A stretch of 54,154 nt of DNA from NCBI GenBank assembly GCA_029288615.1, contig JARIGV010000032.1, positions 1-54,154 on the forward strand, read 5' to 3'. The translations under genes were made by a program, and so were the position numbers. The number at the start of each line of letters is the position of its first letter. Positions within the stretch are counted from its first letter, which is position 1. Source of the stretch: Candidatus Tayloriibacteriota bacterium. Lineage in GTDB: Bacteria > Patescibacteriota > Minisyncoccia > Phycocordibacterales > CAIRYW01. Below, one piece after another: positions 19,952-29,478 of the stretch. The notes below the pieces were generated by a model. That model did not search any database, was not told where the DNA came from, and saw only the letters and a list, made by a program, of their open reading frames with translations.

Positions 19952-19980
19952 ATTGTAGTATATAAAGCCCAAGAATTCAA
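19952..19980 (-). promoter_or_regulatory. Internal sigma70-type promoter upstream of atpE
   Basis: Minus strand TTGAAT-17nt-TACAAT in the atpB-atpE gap. Confidence 0.5.
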
Positions 19981-20006
19981 GAGAGAGTTCGAGGGGAAAG
20001 GAGCTT

Positions 20007-20759
20007 CTAATGTGCCTCTTCGTGCATCTTTGCAGAGCTTGAAAGAAACATCATAGCGAGCACTGTAAATACGAGAGCTTGAATGAAACCTACGAAGATC
20101 TCAAGACCCATGAATGGAAGAGGAACAATGTATGGGGCAAGGAAAGAAATGATGAGCATAAGTACGCTTCCGGCAAAGATGTTTCCGAAAAGTCGGAAAG
20201 TAAGCGAAATGACGCGAGAAATCTCTCCGATAAGCTCAAGAAAACCTACAAAAAAGCCGATCGGGCTCTTGAAAGGGTTTACGAGGAATTTTCCAGAGTG
20301 ATGCTTCACGCCGATCTCTTTTACACCAACAACATGCGTTGCGATGACAAGAATAAGAGCGAGAGCGAGTGTCATGTTGAGGTCAGAGTTTGCGGTTCGA
20401 AAAAGTGGTACAAAAATTTCTTTACCAGCCTCCATTTCATGAAAACCAATCGTCTCAACTCCAGGCAAAATACCGATCCAGTTTGACGCAAGGATAAAGA
20501 AGAAGATCGTACCAACAAGAGGAAGGAATTTCTTTACTGTCTCTCTATCTCCTGCAAAAACCGCAAGGAAATCAATGAGTTTCTCCAAAATGATCTCCAT
20601 AAGTGACTGAAAGCGCCCTGGTACTGGCTTGATAGCTTTTTTTACAAAGAATGCGAGCACAATGAGCACGAGAACAGCGATCCACTCTGTAAGAAGACTG
20701 TTTGTGACCACAAATCCGGCAATTGTAAAAACTGGTTCTGCTGTGATTGAAATATGCAT
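20007..20759 (-). CDS. atpB: Fo ATP synthase subunit a
   Basis: SLTFRLFGN (essential Arg), IQALVF, PGRFQ. Confidence 0.96.
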   Translation of the reverse strand: MHISITAEPVFTIAGFVVTNSLLTEWIAVLVLIVLAFFVKKAIKPVPGRFQSLMEIILEKLIDFLAVFAGDRETVKKFLPLVGTIFFFILASNWIGILPGVETIGFHEMEAGKEIFVPLFRTANSDLNMTLALALILVIATHVVGVKEIGVKHHSGKFLVNPFKSPIGFFVGFLELIGEISRVISLTFRLFGNIFAGSVLMLIISFLAPYIVPLPFMGLEIFVGFIQALVFTVLAMMFLSSSAKMHEEAH

Positions 20760-20760
20760 A

Positions 20761-21021
20761 TTAAAAATTCGTGAATTTCTTAACTTTTTTGTAGATGATG
20801 ATTCCTGTGGAAATTATTGAGAGAAGGAGACCGATGATAAGAAAAAGCGGCGCTGTGCCGAAGTTTTTATCGATGACTCGTCCCGCAACAAGAAGAATAA
20901 TGAGCGGTACCGCTACTGTATAACCGATTTCTGTCGCAAATGACACAAGCTCTGCAGTAGTGAGAGCGTTGTTTTCATCTTCCTTCTTTTGCTGTTTTTC
21001 TTCTTGTGTGTTGTTTTCCAC
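20761..21021 (-). CDS. AtpZ/AtpI-family membrane protein (atp operon gene 1)
   Basis: Two TM helices, GRVIDKNFGTAP motif, first gene of the atp operon; GTG start. Confidence 0.8.
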   Translation of the reverse strand: MENNTQEEKQQKKEDENNALTTAELVSFATEIGYTVAVPLIILLVAGRVIDKNFGTAPLFLIIGLLLSIISTGIIIYKKVKKFTNF

Positions 21022-21077
21022 TTCAGAGAGTCTACTAAATAAGAGCGTTCATCGCAATATTTTGCTATATTGTCTTC

Positions 21078-21455
21078 ATGAAAATCGCTGGAAAAGTCAT
21101 CGAAGGAAAAAAGCAGGGGAGAGCTATTGGTTTTCCAACTGCAAATATAAGAGTAGCGCCTGGAGTATTTGAAGGTATTTATGCAGGAGTTGTTGAACTC
21201 GATTCGAGCAATCGAAAATATAAAGCCGCTGTGTATGTGAGCCGAAAGAATCAGACAATACTTGAGGCACATCTTCTTTCATTTAATGGAGATCTCTATG
21301 GAAAAAAAATTGCTGTCACTGTAGGTGAAAAGATTCGCGAAGATGCTGAAGTACAAGATATTGAGAAACTTAAAGAAATGATCCGTGCTGATATTGAGAA
21401 AATCAAAGCAATTCCAGAGCCAGCGCCCGTAGAACAGAAAAAACCGCAAAGTTAA
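21078..21455 (+). CDS. Stand-alone riboflavin kinase (RibF C-terminal domain)
   Basis: GRAIGFPTAN, GIY, LEAHLL, DLYG, IR motifs; no FAD synthetase domain. Confidence 0.88.
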   Translation: MKIAGKVIEGKKQGRAIGFPTANIRVAPGVFEGIYAGVVELDSSNRKYKAAVYVSRKNQTILEAHLLSFNGDLYGKKIAVTVGEKIREDAEVQDIEKLKEMIRADIEKIKAIPEPAPVEQKKPQS

Positions 21456-22031
21456 ATGTTTACCGGAATCATCAAAGGAATAGGAAAAGTTACTAAAATT
21501 TCAGATCAAAAAAATCTGAAATCTGTTTCTATTAGCGCACCAAGTGCGTGGAAGTTTATAGACGGTGAAAGCGTTTCTGTTTCTGGTATATGTTCGACAG
21601 TCATATCATCGAAGAAAAATGTTTTTGATGTTGAGTATATGAAAGAAACGCTTGATATCACGACAGCAAAAAATTTCACAGTTGGTGCCGAAGTAAATCT
21701 TGAAAGATCACTCAAAGCTGGCGAGCCATTTGATGGACATATCGTGTACGGACATGTTGAAGATGTTGGCGTGGTAAAAAAAGTCAGTCACGGTGCAGGA
21801 AATTCCGTTATCACAATTTCCGCTCCAAAAAATATCTTGAAATACGTTATATATAAAGGATCTATCGCAATCGACGGAGTAAGTCTTACCGTTTCAAAAA
21901 AAGGAAGTTCTTTTTTTGAAGTATCGCTTATTCCATATACGCTTTCGCACACAACACTTGGCAAACTCGTAGCAGGTGATAAGGTGAATCTTGAAACAGA
22001 CATAATCGCAAAGTATGCAAAGACAAAATAA
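21456..22031 (+). CDS. ribE: Riboflavin synthase (alpha type)
   Basis: MFTGII N-terminus, VNLER, GHIVYGHV, KGSIAIDGVSLTV. Confidence 0.93.
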   Translation: MFTGIIKGIGKVTKISDQKNLKSVSISAPSAWKFIDGESVSVSGICSTVISSKKNVFDVEYMKETLDITTAKNFTVGAEVNLERSLKAGEPFDGHIVYGHVEDVGVVKKVSHGAGNSVITISAPKNILKYVIYKGSIAIDGVSLTVSKKGSSFFEVSLIPYTLSHTTLGKLVAGDKVNLETDIIAKYAKTK

Positions 22032-22500
22032 TACATCTACAAAAAAATTTGAGGTAAAAAACGCGAAAAAACTTCGCATTGCTATTGTCGTCGCAGAATT
22101 CAATAGCGACATCACTTTTCTTATGCGTGACGCTGCAGTGGAAGAATTAAAGGTAAAAGGAATTCTCGAAAAAAATATTGAAATCATTCATGTACCAGGA
22201 GGGTTTGAAATTCCGATTGCTTGTCTTCGTGCTGCAAAAATGAAAGGCAATAAAAAAATCGACGGCATCATTGCAATCGGCTGCGTCATTCGCGGAGATA
22301 CAGATCATTATGTTTATATCGCAAACGAAGCAAATCGTGGCGTCATGAATGTCATGCTTTCTGAAAATTTACCGATCTCAAATGCAATTCTTACAGTAAA
22401 CAATCTCGAGCAAGCACAAATTCGCTCAACTGGCGCGAATAACAAAGGAATCGAAGCAGCAGTAGCGCTTCTTAAAATTCTTTCGCAATCTTTTAAATAA
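22015..22500 (+). CDS. ribH: 6,7-dimethyl-8-ribityllumazine synthase
   Basis: IVVAEFN, VPGGFEIP, GCVIRGDTDH, NKG. Confidence 0.93.
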   Translation: MQRQNNTSTKKFEVKNAKKLRIAIVVAEFNSDITFLMRDAAVEELKVKGILEKNIEIIHVPGGFEIPIACLRAAKMKGNKKIDGIIAIGCVIRGDTDHYVYIANEANRGVMNVMLSENLPISNAILTVNNLEQAQIRSTGANNKGIEAAVALLKILSQSFK

Positions 22501-22518
22501 CTATCTTCAATAAAAAAT

Positions 22519-22546
22519 TCTCGTTCAATCTTGCGATTGAACGAGA
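22519..22546. terminator. Bidirectional terminator hairpin
   Basis: 12-bp perfect stem TCTCGTTCAATC/GATTGAACGAGA between convergent genes, flanked by A and T runs. Confidence 0.7.
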
Positions 22547-22572
22547 TGTGTTTTTTTGTTGCAGGTTTTTGC

Positions 22573-23088
22573 TTAGGCGGCGGCGCGAGCAGGCTCTTTT
22601 TCCCATACAGCTAAGCGCGAATATGTCGCACTCTGAGGTGTCTCCTTATAGAGTGAGTACACCATCATGCTGTTGCCGCGGAATTCGAATTCGAATCCCT
22701 TATCTGGCAGGAGATTTTCAAGAGTGTCGCGCACCTGTGTCTGCCCGAAGGCTTCACAGAGGACCGAAGCGACCGCCGAGAGAAGCGGTTCCGGGAATCC
22801 GCTTGCCTCGATCGTCGCCGGCCCCATGGCGCCAGTATATTTCTTGAGCGCTTCTTGAAGAAGCGTCGTGAGCGCTGTCGCTGCGTATGTGCGAATCGCG
22901 ACGCGCTCAGCTTTCTCCCAGCGCGAGAGCGGCACACTCGTTTTCCGCACGATAGCACGTGCGACTTCGTGCGACACTTTTTCGATCGCCTTTATGGTCA
23001 GGAATTCCGTTCCTTTACCACTCCGCAAGTGCTTCTCGAGCCCTTTGGTGCCCGTCGTTACGACGAAAGGGCAGTCAGTGATGCTCAT
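22573..23088 (-). CDS. Hypothetical protein, GC-richer than neighbours
   Basis: Long minus-strand ORF; ATG at 23088 preceded by GGTGG. The start could be further upstream, up to 23190. Confidence 0.55.
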   Translation of the reverse strand: MSITDCPFVVTTGTKGLEKHLRSGKGTEFLTIKAIEKVSHEVARAIVRKTSVPLSRWEKAERVAIRTYAATALTTLLQEALKKYTGAMGPATIEASGFPEPLLSAVASVLCEAFGQTQVRDTLENLLPDKGFEFEFRGNSMMVYSLYKETPQSATYSRLAVWEKEPARAAA

Positions 23089-23256
23089 GATGCCACCGTT
23101 GAGGATACGGAGACTCTGGATCAGTTTGAACTGAGATGACTTAATCATAGATGTGTTCTGTTGCCACAGACTCTTCGAATAGGCGTGCAAATCTGCAACG
23201 TCAAAGAGCGGCTAATCTCTACATTAGCACAAAAATAGCAAAAAGTCAAATAAACC

Positions 23257-24207
23257 TTATTTTAAAAGGTTTTTTGGAAGAGAATATGTTTGACCGCCTT
23301 GATAAGAGACACAGAGTGAGCCCAATTTTGCCCCGATTTTCATCGCTTCAGGCATCGTTAAACCCTTTTGAAGACCGAAGATAAGTCCTGCACGGTACGC
23401 ATCGCCGGCACCTGTTGTATCTACAACTTTTTTTGCTTTTACTACATCAATTTTTGTCCTGCCACTTTGCGTATGGAGAATACTTCCATTCTCACCTAGA
23501 GTTTCGATGATCTCTGTTACACCAAAATTAAATATTTTTTCAAATGTCAGTCCAAAGTGAGATTTTATTTGGAAAATTTCTGTTTCATTTCCAATAACAA
23601 CATTTGCAAGCTTGAGACATTTTTCAAGTTGGCTTTTGTTGAATGTTGCCATCAGAGTTTGCCCTGGATCAAAGATTATTTTTGCGGTTTTATTTTGTTT
23701 TCGAAATTCTTCCATGTGCATCGTCATACTTTTTCCAGTACCCGCAGAGAAAATCGCGATCTTGATATCAGACATTTCTTTTTTTGAAAGAGTAGAAGAA
23801 AGCGGAACGTTTTCTACATTCTTTATATATACTCCTGGCTGAAAAATTCCGATTTGTTGTCTCTCATCATCTGCCATCGCATAAAAAACTGCTGTGTAAC
23901 CTTTTTTATCTTCATAGACACGAAGATTCACGCCATTATTTTCTAAGTGTTTTTTAAAATATGTTTCAAAATCTTTTCCGGCAGCGGAAAAGAGAAGGGG
24001 ACTCTGGCCGAGATTTCCGAGCCCATATGAAATATTTCCACCGGTACCACCAAAATACTCTTCTTTTTCAGAAGCTGTGAACATGAAATTCTGTGTGCCT
24101 AAAATTCCATTTTTGAGATTGATGTGATTCTTCACATTTCCAATGAGATCAAAAAGAATATCAATCGACACTGAGCCGTAAACAAGTATTTCAGATTTCT
24201 TTTTCAT
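23257..24207 (-). CDS. PfkB-family kinase, probable adenosine/nucleoside kinase
   Basis: GSVSID, GGTGGNISY, FDPGQ, NETE, VDTTGAGDAYRAG; downstream of ahcY. Confidence 0.85.
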   Translation of the reverse strand: MKKKSEILVYGSVSIDILFDLIGNVKNHINLKNGILGTQNFMFTASEKEEYFGGTGGNISYGLGNLGQSPLLFSAAGKDFETYFKKHLENNGVNLRVYEDKKGYTAVFYAMADDERQQIGIFQPGVYIKNVENVPLSSTLSKKEMSDIKIAIFSAGTGKSMTMHMEEFRKQNKTAKIIFDPGQTLMATFNKSQLEKCLKLANVVIGNETEIFQIKSHFGLTFEKIFNFGVTEIIETLGENGSILHTQSGRTKIDVVKAKKVVDTTGAGDAYRAGLIFGLQKGLTMPEAMKIGAKLGSLCVSYQGGQTYSLPKNLLK

Positions 24208-24210
24208 ATA

Positions 24211-24933
24211 CTATTTTATTTCTTTCTCCCAAACCCTTTTATATATTTTCTCAGAAATTAAATTCACGTCTCCTCTTATTTTTTGAATTTCATCAGATTC
24301 AGCATTTGTATCTACAATCGGTGTAATATCAAAATTTTGATCATCAGTTGTAACTCCTAAAACTGATTTATGTGAATCCTCTGTTAAAAAACGTGGCTCT
24401 GAATATCCACCGAAAAAGAATTTTCCTGGCCATACCAGCCTCTCAGCAAATTGAACAGTTGCTTCATTTACTCCTAATGCAGCAACATCAATTGAAAACT
24501 TTAATCCATTTTCGTCCTCAATCCTGTATAGACTAGTGATCAAACGGCCTATTGTTGTGGCGTCTTTTATATATTCAGTGACTATAAGTAAATTTTTATG
24601 ATCAATTACCTTTTCTGCCAAAGCTTCCTTTAGTATTGATCCAGCTTCACCATCTTCATCATGATTACCAACATATTTACCTCCAAGAATAAAGCTTACG
24701 GGAACTTTCTTTGCTGACCCGGGTACTTTATCTAAAATTTTTTTGACAACAAGGGATAGTAATCTTCCGCTTAGATCATCACTAATGATTAAATCATATT
24801 TGTGCGAATCAAAATTTTCTTTTAATTCCTCCACAAGTTTTTGAATTCCATTCTCTAAACTTTCCATTTCTGGAAAATTATAAAGATTCTCTTGTTTAGA
24901 TTCCTTATTGAATTCAAAACTCTCTCTATTCAC
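24211..24933 (-). CDS. Hypothetical protein, phosphoribosyltransferase-like fold
   Basis: YDLIISDDLSGR and LLIVTEYIKDATTI resemble PRTase segments; GTG start after the ahcY stop. Confidence 0.5.
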   Translation of the reverse strand: MNRESFEFNKESKQENLYNFPEMESLENGIQKLVEELKENFDSHKYDLIISDDLSGRLLSLVVKKILDKVPGSAKKVPVSFILGGKYVGNHDEDGEAGSILKEALAEKVIDHKNLLIVTEYIKDATTIGRLITSLYRIEDENGLKFSIDVAALGVNEATVQFAERLVWPGKFFFGGYSEPRFLTEDSHKSVLGVTTDDQNFDITPIVDTNAESDEIQKIRGDVNLISEKIYKRVWEKEIK

Positions 24934-24949
24934 TTTACTTTTATGACTA

Positions 24950-26209
24950 TTAATTCGTTCCTTCCTCCCAGCTTTCGAGATATTTTTTCTGCTCTGGTGT
25001 GAGTACATCAATTGCAATTCCAAGCGCTTCAAGTTTGAGTGATGCGATCTTATCATCAATATCCGTCGGAAGTGTATGTACTTTTTTCTCGAGAGTCTTG
25101 TAGTTTTCCAAAATATATTCAGCTGCGAAGCTTTGGTTTGCAAAGCTCATATCCATAACACTTGATGGATGTCCTTCAGCAGAGCCAAGATTTACAAGAC
25201 GGCCTTCTGCAAGAACATAAATCTTTCGTCCGTCGGCGAGTTCGTATTCTTCATTGTATGGGCGCGCCATAGAAATATTTTTAGAAAGCTTTTTGAGTGC
25301 CGGGAGATTTATTTCTGCATCAAAGTGTCCTGAGTTTGAGATCACAGCGCCGTCTTTCATCACTTCGAAATGCTTTTCGTCGATAACATTTTTATTTCCT
25401 GTCACGGTACAGATAAAGTCTGCTTTCTTTGCAGCCTCAAGCATTGGAAGCACTTCAAATCCTTCCATATTAGCCTCGAGTGCTTTTACAGGATCGATCT
25501 CAGTCACAACAACATGCGCTCCCATACCACGAGCTCGCATCGCAAGACCTTTACCGCACCAGCCAAAACCAGCAACAACAAAAGTCTGTCCAGCAAGAAG
25601 TCTGTTAGTGGCGCGGATGATGCCATCGAGAGTTGATTGTCCTGTTCCGTAACGATTATCAAACATATGTTTCGTCTTTGATTCGTTCACACCGACGACT
25701 GGGAATTTGAGGTTTCCTGATTTTGCGAGAGCTTCAAGGCGGATGACACCTGTCGTTGTCTCTTCTGTCGAACCAAAAATATCCTTGATCTGATCAGGAC
25801 GATTTTTATGAAGCTCTGATACGAGATCTGCACCGTCATCCATTACGATCTGAGGCTTTGCATCGAGAACTGCATTGATATGTTTGAAATATGTTGCATT
25901 GTCCTCACCTTTGATAGCGAAAACATTAATTCCAAAGTCTTTCGCAAGGGAAGCAGCAACATCATCTTGAGTTGAAAGAGGATTTGATGCGCAAAGAAAA
26001 ACCTCGGCACCGCCTTTTTTGAGAGTAATAACGAGATTTGCTGTCTCCGCTGTCACATGAAGACACGCAGCAAGAGTGACACCAGTAAATGGTCTTCTTG
26101 TTTCAAAATCTTTTGCAACAGTAGCAAGCACAGGCATATCTTTTGCAGCCCATTCGATTTTTTTCTTGCCCTCGGGAGCAAGTTCAATATTTTTTACGTC
26201 GTAAGTCAT
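24950..26209 (-). CDS. ahcY: Adenosylhomocysteinase (SAH hydrolase)
   Basis: [57 protein letters not shown]. Confidence 0.97.
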   Translation of the reverse strand: MTYDVKNIELAPEGKKKIEWAAKDMPVLATVAKDFETRRPFTGVTLAACLHVTAETANLVITLKKGGAEVFLCASNPLSTQDDVAASLAKDFGINVFAIKGEDNATYFKHINAVLDAKPQIVMDDGADLVSELHKNRPDQIKDIFGSTEETTTGVIRLEALAKSGNLKFPVVGVNESKTKHMFDNRYGTGQSTLDGIIRATNRLLAGQTFVVAGFGWCGKGLAMRARGMGAHVVVTEIDPVKALEANMEGFEVLPMLEAAKKADFICTVTGNKNVIDEKHFEVMKDGAVISNSGHFDAEINLPALKKLSKNISMARPYNEEYELADGRKIYVLAEGRLVNLGSAEGHPSSVMDMSFANQSFAAEYILENYKTLEKKVHTLPTDIDDKIASLKLEALGIAIDVLTPEQKKYLESWEEGTN

Positions 26210-26246
26210 GGGGAGATACTACAATAAAAGGGAAGTTCGGGCTAAT

Positions 26247-27074
26247 TTACGACTGAAGATATTTTTTGATCTTTGCTTCATGCTCTGCGTATGTATTTGA
26301 GCAGTAGATCACGCCGTTTTTGTGGAAGTAGTAAAGGCAAGAAGTCTTTTGTGGTGAGAGTGCAGCTTGAAGTGCAGCGAGAGATGGATTTGCAATTGGT
26401 CCTGGAGGAAGTCCTTTATTGAGATATGTATTGTAAGGTGAATCGATTGTTTTAATATCGCTTGCTTTAACGACTGGCCACCAACCATTATCTTCATTTC
26501 CTTTCGCGTACTGTACAGTAGCGTCCATCTGAAGGCTCATACCGTTAAAAAGTCTGTTCCAGATCACACCTGAAATGAGCTTCATATCTGTTTTTCCAGC
26601 CTCTCGCTGAATGATTGATGCAATAGTGACAGCGGTATCGAGATTAATTTTATTTTTTGCGAGAGATCCTTTGATGTCTTTTGTCTTATCACTAAAACGA
26701 TCAAACATCGCAACTTTGAGATCTTCTCCAGAAATATCTTTTGAGACGAGATAGACGTCGGGGAAATATTTTCCTTCAACTGGAGTAACACTTCCATTAT
26801 CTGCTTCACCAAGAAAATCCTTCGTGTCGGTACTCGACCATTTCAAGCGATTTTCCACTGCAGCAGCAATCTGCTCTTTGCGCATTCCTGGTGTGACTTT
26901 TACATATGCCACTGTTGGGTTTGCGAGTGCCATGTAAAATTCTGGATGAGTGAGATTATCGAGCGCATCAAGAACAGTAGCACCAGCGTTTGCATGCTGA
27001 TTCGTATCAAAAAGACTCGCCGTAAAGAGAGCACCAAAGATAAGTAGAAATGCGACCAGGATTCGTTTGATCAT
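26247..27074 (-). CDS. mltG: Endolytic transglycosylase MltG paralogue 1
   Basis: N-terminal TM, EGKYFPDVY, ASIIQRE, LQMDATVQY, DSPYNTY, GLPPGPIANP. Confidence 0.88.
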   Translation of the reverse strand: MIKRILVAFLLIFGALFTASLFDTNQHANAGATVLDALDNLTHPEFYMALANPTVAYVKVTPGMRKEQIAAAVENRLKWSSTDTKDFLGEADNGSVTPVEGKYFPDVYLVSKDISGEDLKVAMFDRFSDKTKDIKGSLAKNKINLDTAVTIASIIQREAGKTDMKLISGVIWNRLFNGMSLQMDATVQYAKGNEDNGWWPVVKASDIKTIDSPYNTYLNKGLPPGPIANPSLAALQAALSPQKTSCLYYFHKNGVIYCSNTYAEHEAKIKKYLQS

Positions 27075-27185
27075 GTAGAAACATTGTAATAGAAAAAGGA
27101 AAGTATGCCCAGCTTTTAGATTGTGAATTTTTATCCTATACTTGTCGCACAAGTCAGCAAGATGATAAGAAAATAATTCAAATAT

Positions 27186-27410
27186 ATGTTCGGAAATTTT
27201 TTAATGAAAAAACTACTCGCTTCAAAGATGAAAGATGTACCTCAGGCAGATCAGGAGAAATTTTTTGCAATGCTTGAGAAAAATCCAGATCTCTTTAAAA
27301 AAATCGCAGAAGAGGCGCAAGAAAAAATGAAAAGCGGCATGAGCCAGATGGATGCCATCATGTCTGTCGTAAAAAAGTACGAAGGAGATCTTAAGGATGT
27401 GATGAAATAA
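27186..27410 (+). CDS. Small helical Met/Lys-rich hypothetical protein
   Basis: 74-aa ORF with a downstream terminator. Confidence 0.7.
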   Translation: MFGNFLMKKLLASKMKDVPQADQEKFFAMLEKNPDLFKKIAEEAQEKMKSGMSQMDAIMSVVKKYEGDLKDVMK

Positions 27411-27425
27411 TTTTAGATAAAAATT

Positions 27426-27454
27426 GAGACCAGACTAACAGTCGGGTCTCTTTT
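27426..27454 (+). terminator. Intrinsic terminator
   Basis: GAGACC-A-GACT-AAC-AGTC-G-GGTCTC followed by TTTT. Confidence 0.55.
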
Positions 27455-27470
27455 AATGGTCTGACCTGGA

Positions 27471-27743
27471 TCAAGATCGGAGCCCAACGACGTGATAAAG
27501 ACTCGAAATTTCACCAAATGTACCACGACGAACTACTGTCGATACCTCCGGATTCCAACGAGGATTATTCGCTATCACATCCTCAATATCGTTTGAGGCC
27601 GTTTGAACGGAAGAAACTGGCACTCCATTGAATAGGAGCTCAGAAAGGTTCAGAAAACTAGGACAGTAAGTACCTTCTGGTGCCTCCACAATGAAGCGCT
27701 GAGTTCCCAGAACAGGTCTTTGCAGCACGATAAGAAAGTTCAT
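27471..27743 (-). CDS. Hypothetical protein
   Basis: 90-aa ORF filling the gap, divergent from ychF. Confidence 0.45.
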   Translation of the reverse strand: MNFLIVLQRPVLGTQRFIVEAPEGTYCPSFLNLSELLFNGVPVSSVQTASNDIEDVIANNPRWNPEVSTVVRRGTFGEISSLYHVVGLRS

Positions 27744-27785
27744 ATCGCTTCAAATTAATCATCTTTCTGCTATATTGTACAGACC

Positions 27786-28883
27786 ATGAACTTATCAATC
27801 GGCATCGTTGGACTCCCAAACGTCGGCAAATCGACGCTTTTTAATGCTTTGACGAAAAAATCTGTCCCGGCAGAAAACTATCCTTTTTGTACGATCAATC
27901 CATCTGTTGGGATCGTCCCTGTACCAGACGAGCGACTCTGGCAGCTTTCAAAACTCTCAAATTCTGCAAAGACAATTCCAGCCGTTGTTGAATTTGTTGA
28001 TATTGCCGGTCTTGTGAAAGGCGCATCGGAAGGTGAAGGACTTGGTAACAAATTTCTCTCAAATATTCGCGAAGTAAATGCAATCGCAGAAGTTGTGCGT
28101 ATTTTTGAAGACGAAGACATTATTCATGTTGCAGGAAAAGTAGATCCTTTGTTTGATATTGAAATCATCAATATGGAACTCGTGCAATCTGACCTCCAGA
28201 CTGTAGAAAAACGTCTCGGCTCTGCAGAAAAAGATGCAAAAAGGGGAGATAAAGGTGTCCTCAAAGAAAAAGAAATTCTTGAGCGCCTTCAAAAAGTTCT
28301 CAAAGATGGAAAACTTGCTCAATCTGCGGAACTTTTGCCTGAAGAAAAAGAAATCATCAAAAGTCTCGCACTTCTTACATTGAAGCCGATCATGTACGTG
28401 CTCAACAAAAAATCTGGAGCGACAAATCTCGATGATACAAATGACGAACGCTATGTAAAACTCATGGATTTCATAAAAAATTCTGGAGCGGGATATGTTG
28501 TCATTGATGCAGGACTTGAACACGAGCTTAAAGACATGGAAGGAGCTGAGAAAGCAGAATTTCGAAAGGAACTTGGAGGAAAAGATGATGGTATCGATAA
28601 TCTCATCAAGAAATCCTATGAACTTTTGGGCCTTATTACATATTTCACAACAGGAGAGGATGAAACTCGTGCATGGACGATAGAAAAAGGATGGGCAGCA
28701 CCAATGGCCGGCACAGCAATCCACACAGATTTCAAAGATAAATTTATTCGTGCAGAAGTTGTCGCTTCAAGCGATCTACTCGCTGCCGGAGGATATGCAG
28801 GAGCTCGAGAAAAAGGTGCAGTACGCACAGAAGGAAAGGAATATATCGTCAAAGATGGTGACGTGATTGAGTTTAAGGTCTAG
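27786..28883 (+). CDS. ychF: Obg-like ATPase YchF
   Basis: GIVGLPNVGKST, NYPFCTI, DIAGLVKGASEGEGLGNKFL, TGS domain ending EGKEYIVKDGD. Confidence 0.97.
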   Translation: MNLSIGIVGLPNVGKSTLFNALTKKSVPAENYPFCTINPSVGIVPVPDERLWQLSKLSNSAKTIPAVVEFVDIAGLVKGASEGEGLGNKFLSNIREVNAIAEVVRIFEDEDIIHVAGKVDPLFDIEIINMELVQSDLQTVEKRLGSAEKDAKRGDKGVLKEKEILERLQKVLKDGKLAQSAELLPEEKEIIKSLALLTLKPIMYVLNKKSGATNLDDTNDERYVKLMDFIKNSGAGYVVIDAGLEHELKDMEGAEKAEFRKELGGKDDGIDNLIKKSYELLGLITYFTTGEDETRAWTIEKGWAAPMAGTAIHTDFKDKFIRAEVVASSDLLAAGGYAGAREKGAVRTEGKEYIVKDGDVIEFKV

Positions 28884-29201
28884 GAAAAACAATATGAAAT
28901 ATATCTTAGCAAAATGGCATCATAATAACTCTGAAGATCCAATTCTTATCTATAGTGAGATTGACGATAACAGATGGGAACATCGAAAAGTTGAAATCTT
29001 CAAAGATAACCATTATGGATTTGCTGATCATAATAATGAAATTAATGGATCTAGGCTGGGAACAGAACCATGGCCTGATTTGGTAAAACTTGGCACTGAA
29101 CCAGAATTCGATATTACAGAAATTTCAAAGGAAGAATTTGAAGAACTATGGCTCAAAACTAAAGATCAAAAGATGGCATCCTAATAGAGTTTAAAGTCTA
29201 G
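28851..29201 (+). repeat. Imperfect 33-bp direct repeat of the ychF 3' end (28851-28883 and 29169-29201)
   Basis: AAAGATGGTGACGTGATTGAGTTTAAGGTCTAG vs AAAGATGGCATCCTAATAGAGTTTAAAGTCTAG, 26/33 identical. Confidence 0.7.
28894..29184 (+). CDS. DUF6881-like small protein
   Basis: KWHH..EDP..IYSEID..RWE.RKVEIF.D...EISKEEFEELW pattern. Confidence 0.6.
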   Translation: MKYILAKWHHNNSEDPILIYSEIDDNRWEHRKVEIFKDNHYGFADHNNEINGSRLGTEPWPDLVKLGTEPEFDITEISKEEFEELWLKTKDQKMAS

Positions 29202-29478
29202 ACAAAAGGAAAACCACTCGAGATTGCTCAAGAGTGGCTCTACCAGTGGGATTTGGTCGTGATTGGAGATCCTTGCAGTGATCCCTAAGTGGTCACGGCT
29301 GCCTTGTACCAGACGCGATTGGCGATCTTATATACCATAATCTCACTGCGTTTAATATCACGATTAACAATCAAACAAACGCAGAGCAAACAAAGGGTCA
29401 AGTTCCGCCGCCGACCCGCACCCCTGAGACAAACTAACGCCGCACAATATGCGGCAATTTTTTTGTTATAATAAATAC

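Noticed and set aside
24934-25143. N-terminal 70 aa of the 24211-25143 ORF
   Set aside because: Mostly overlaps the ahcY 3' end; a GTG at 24933 just after the ahcY stop is more plausible.
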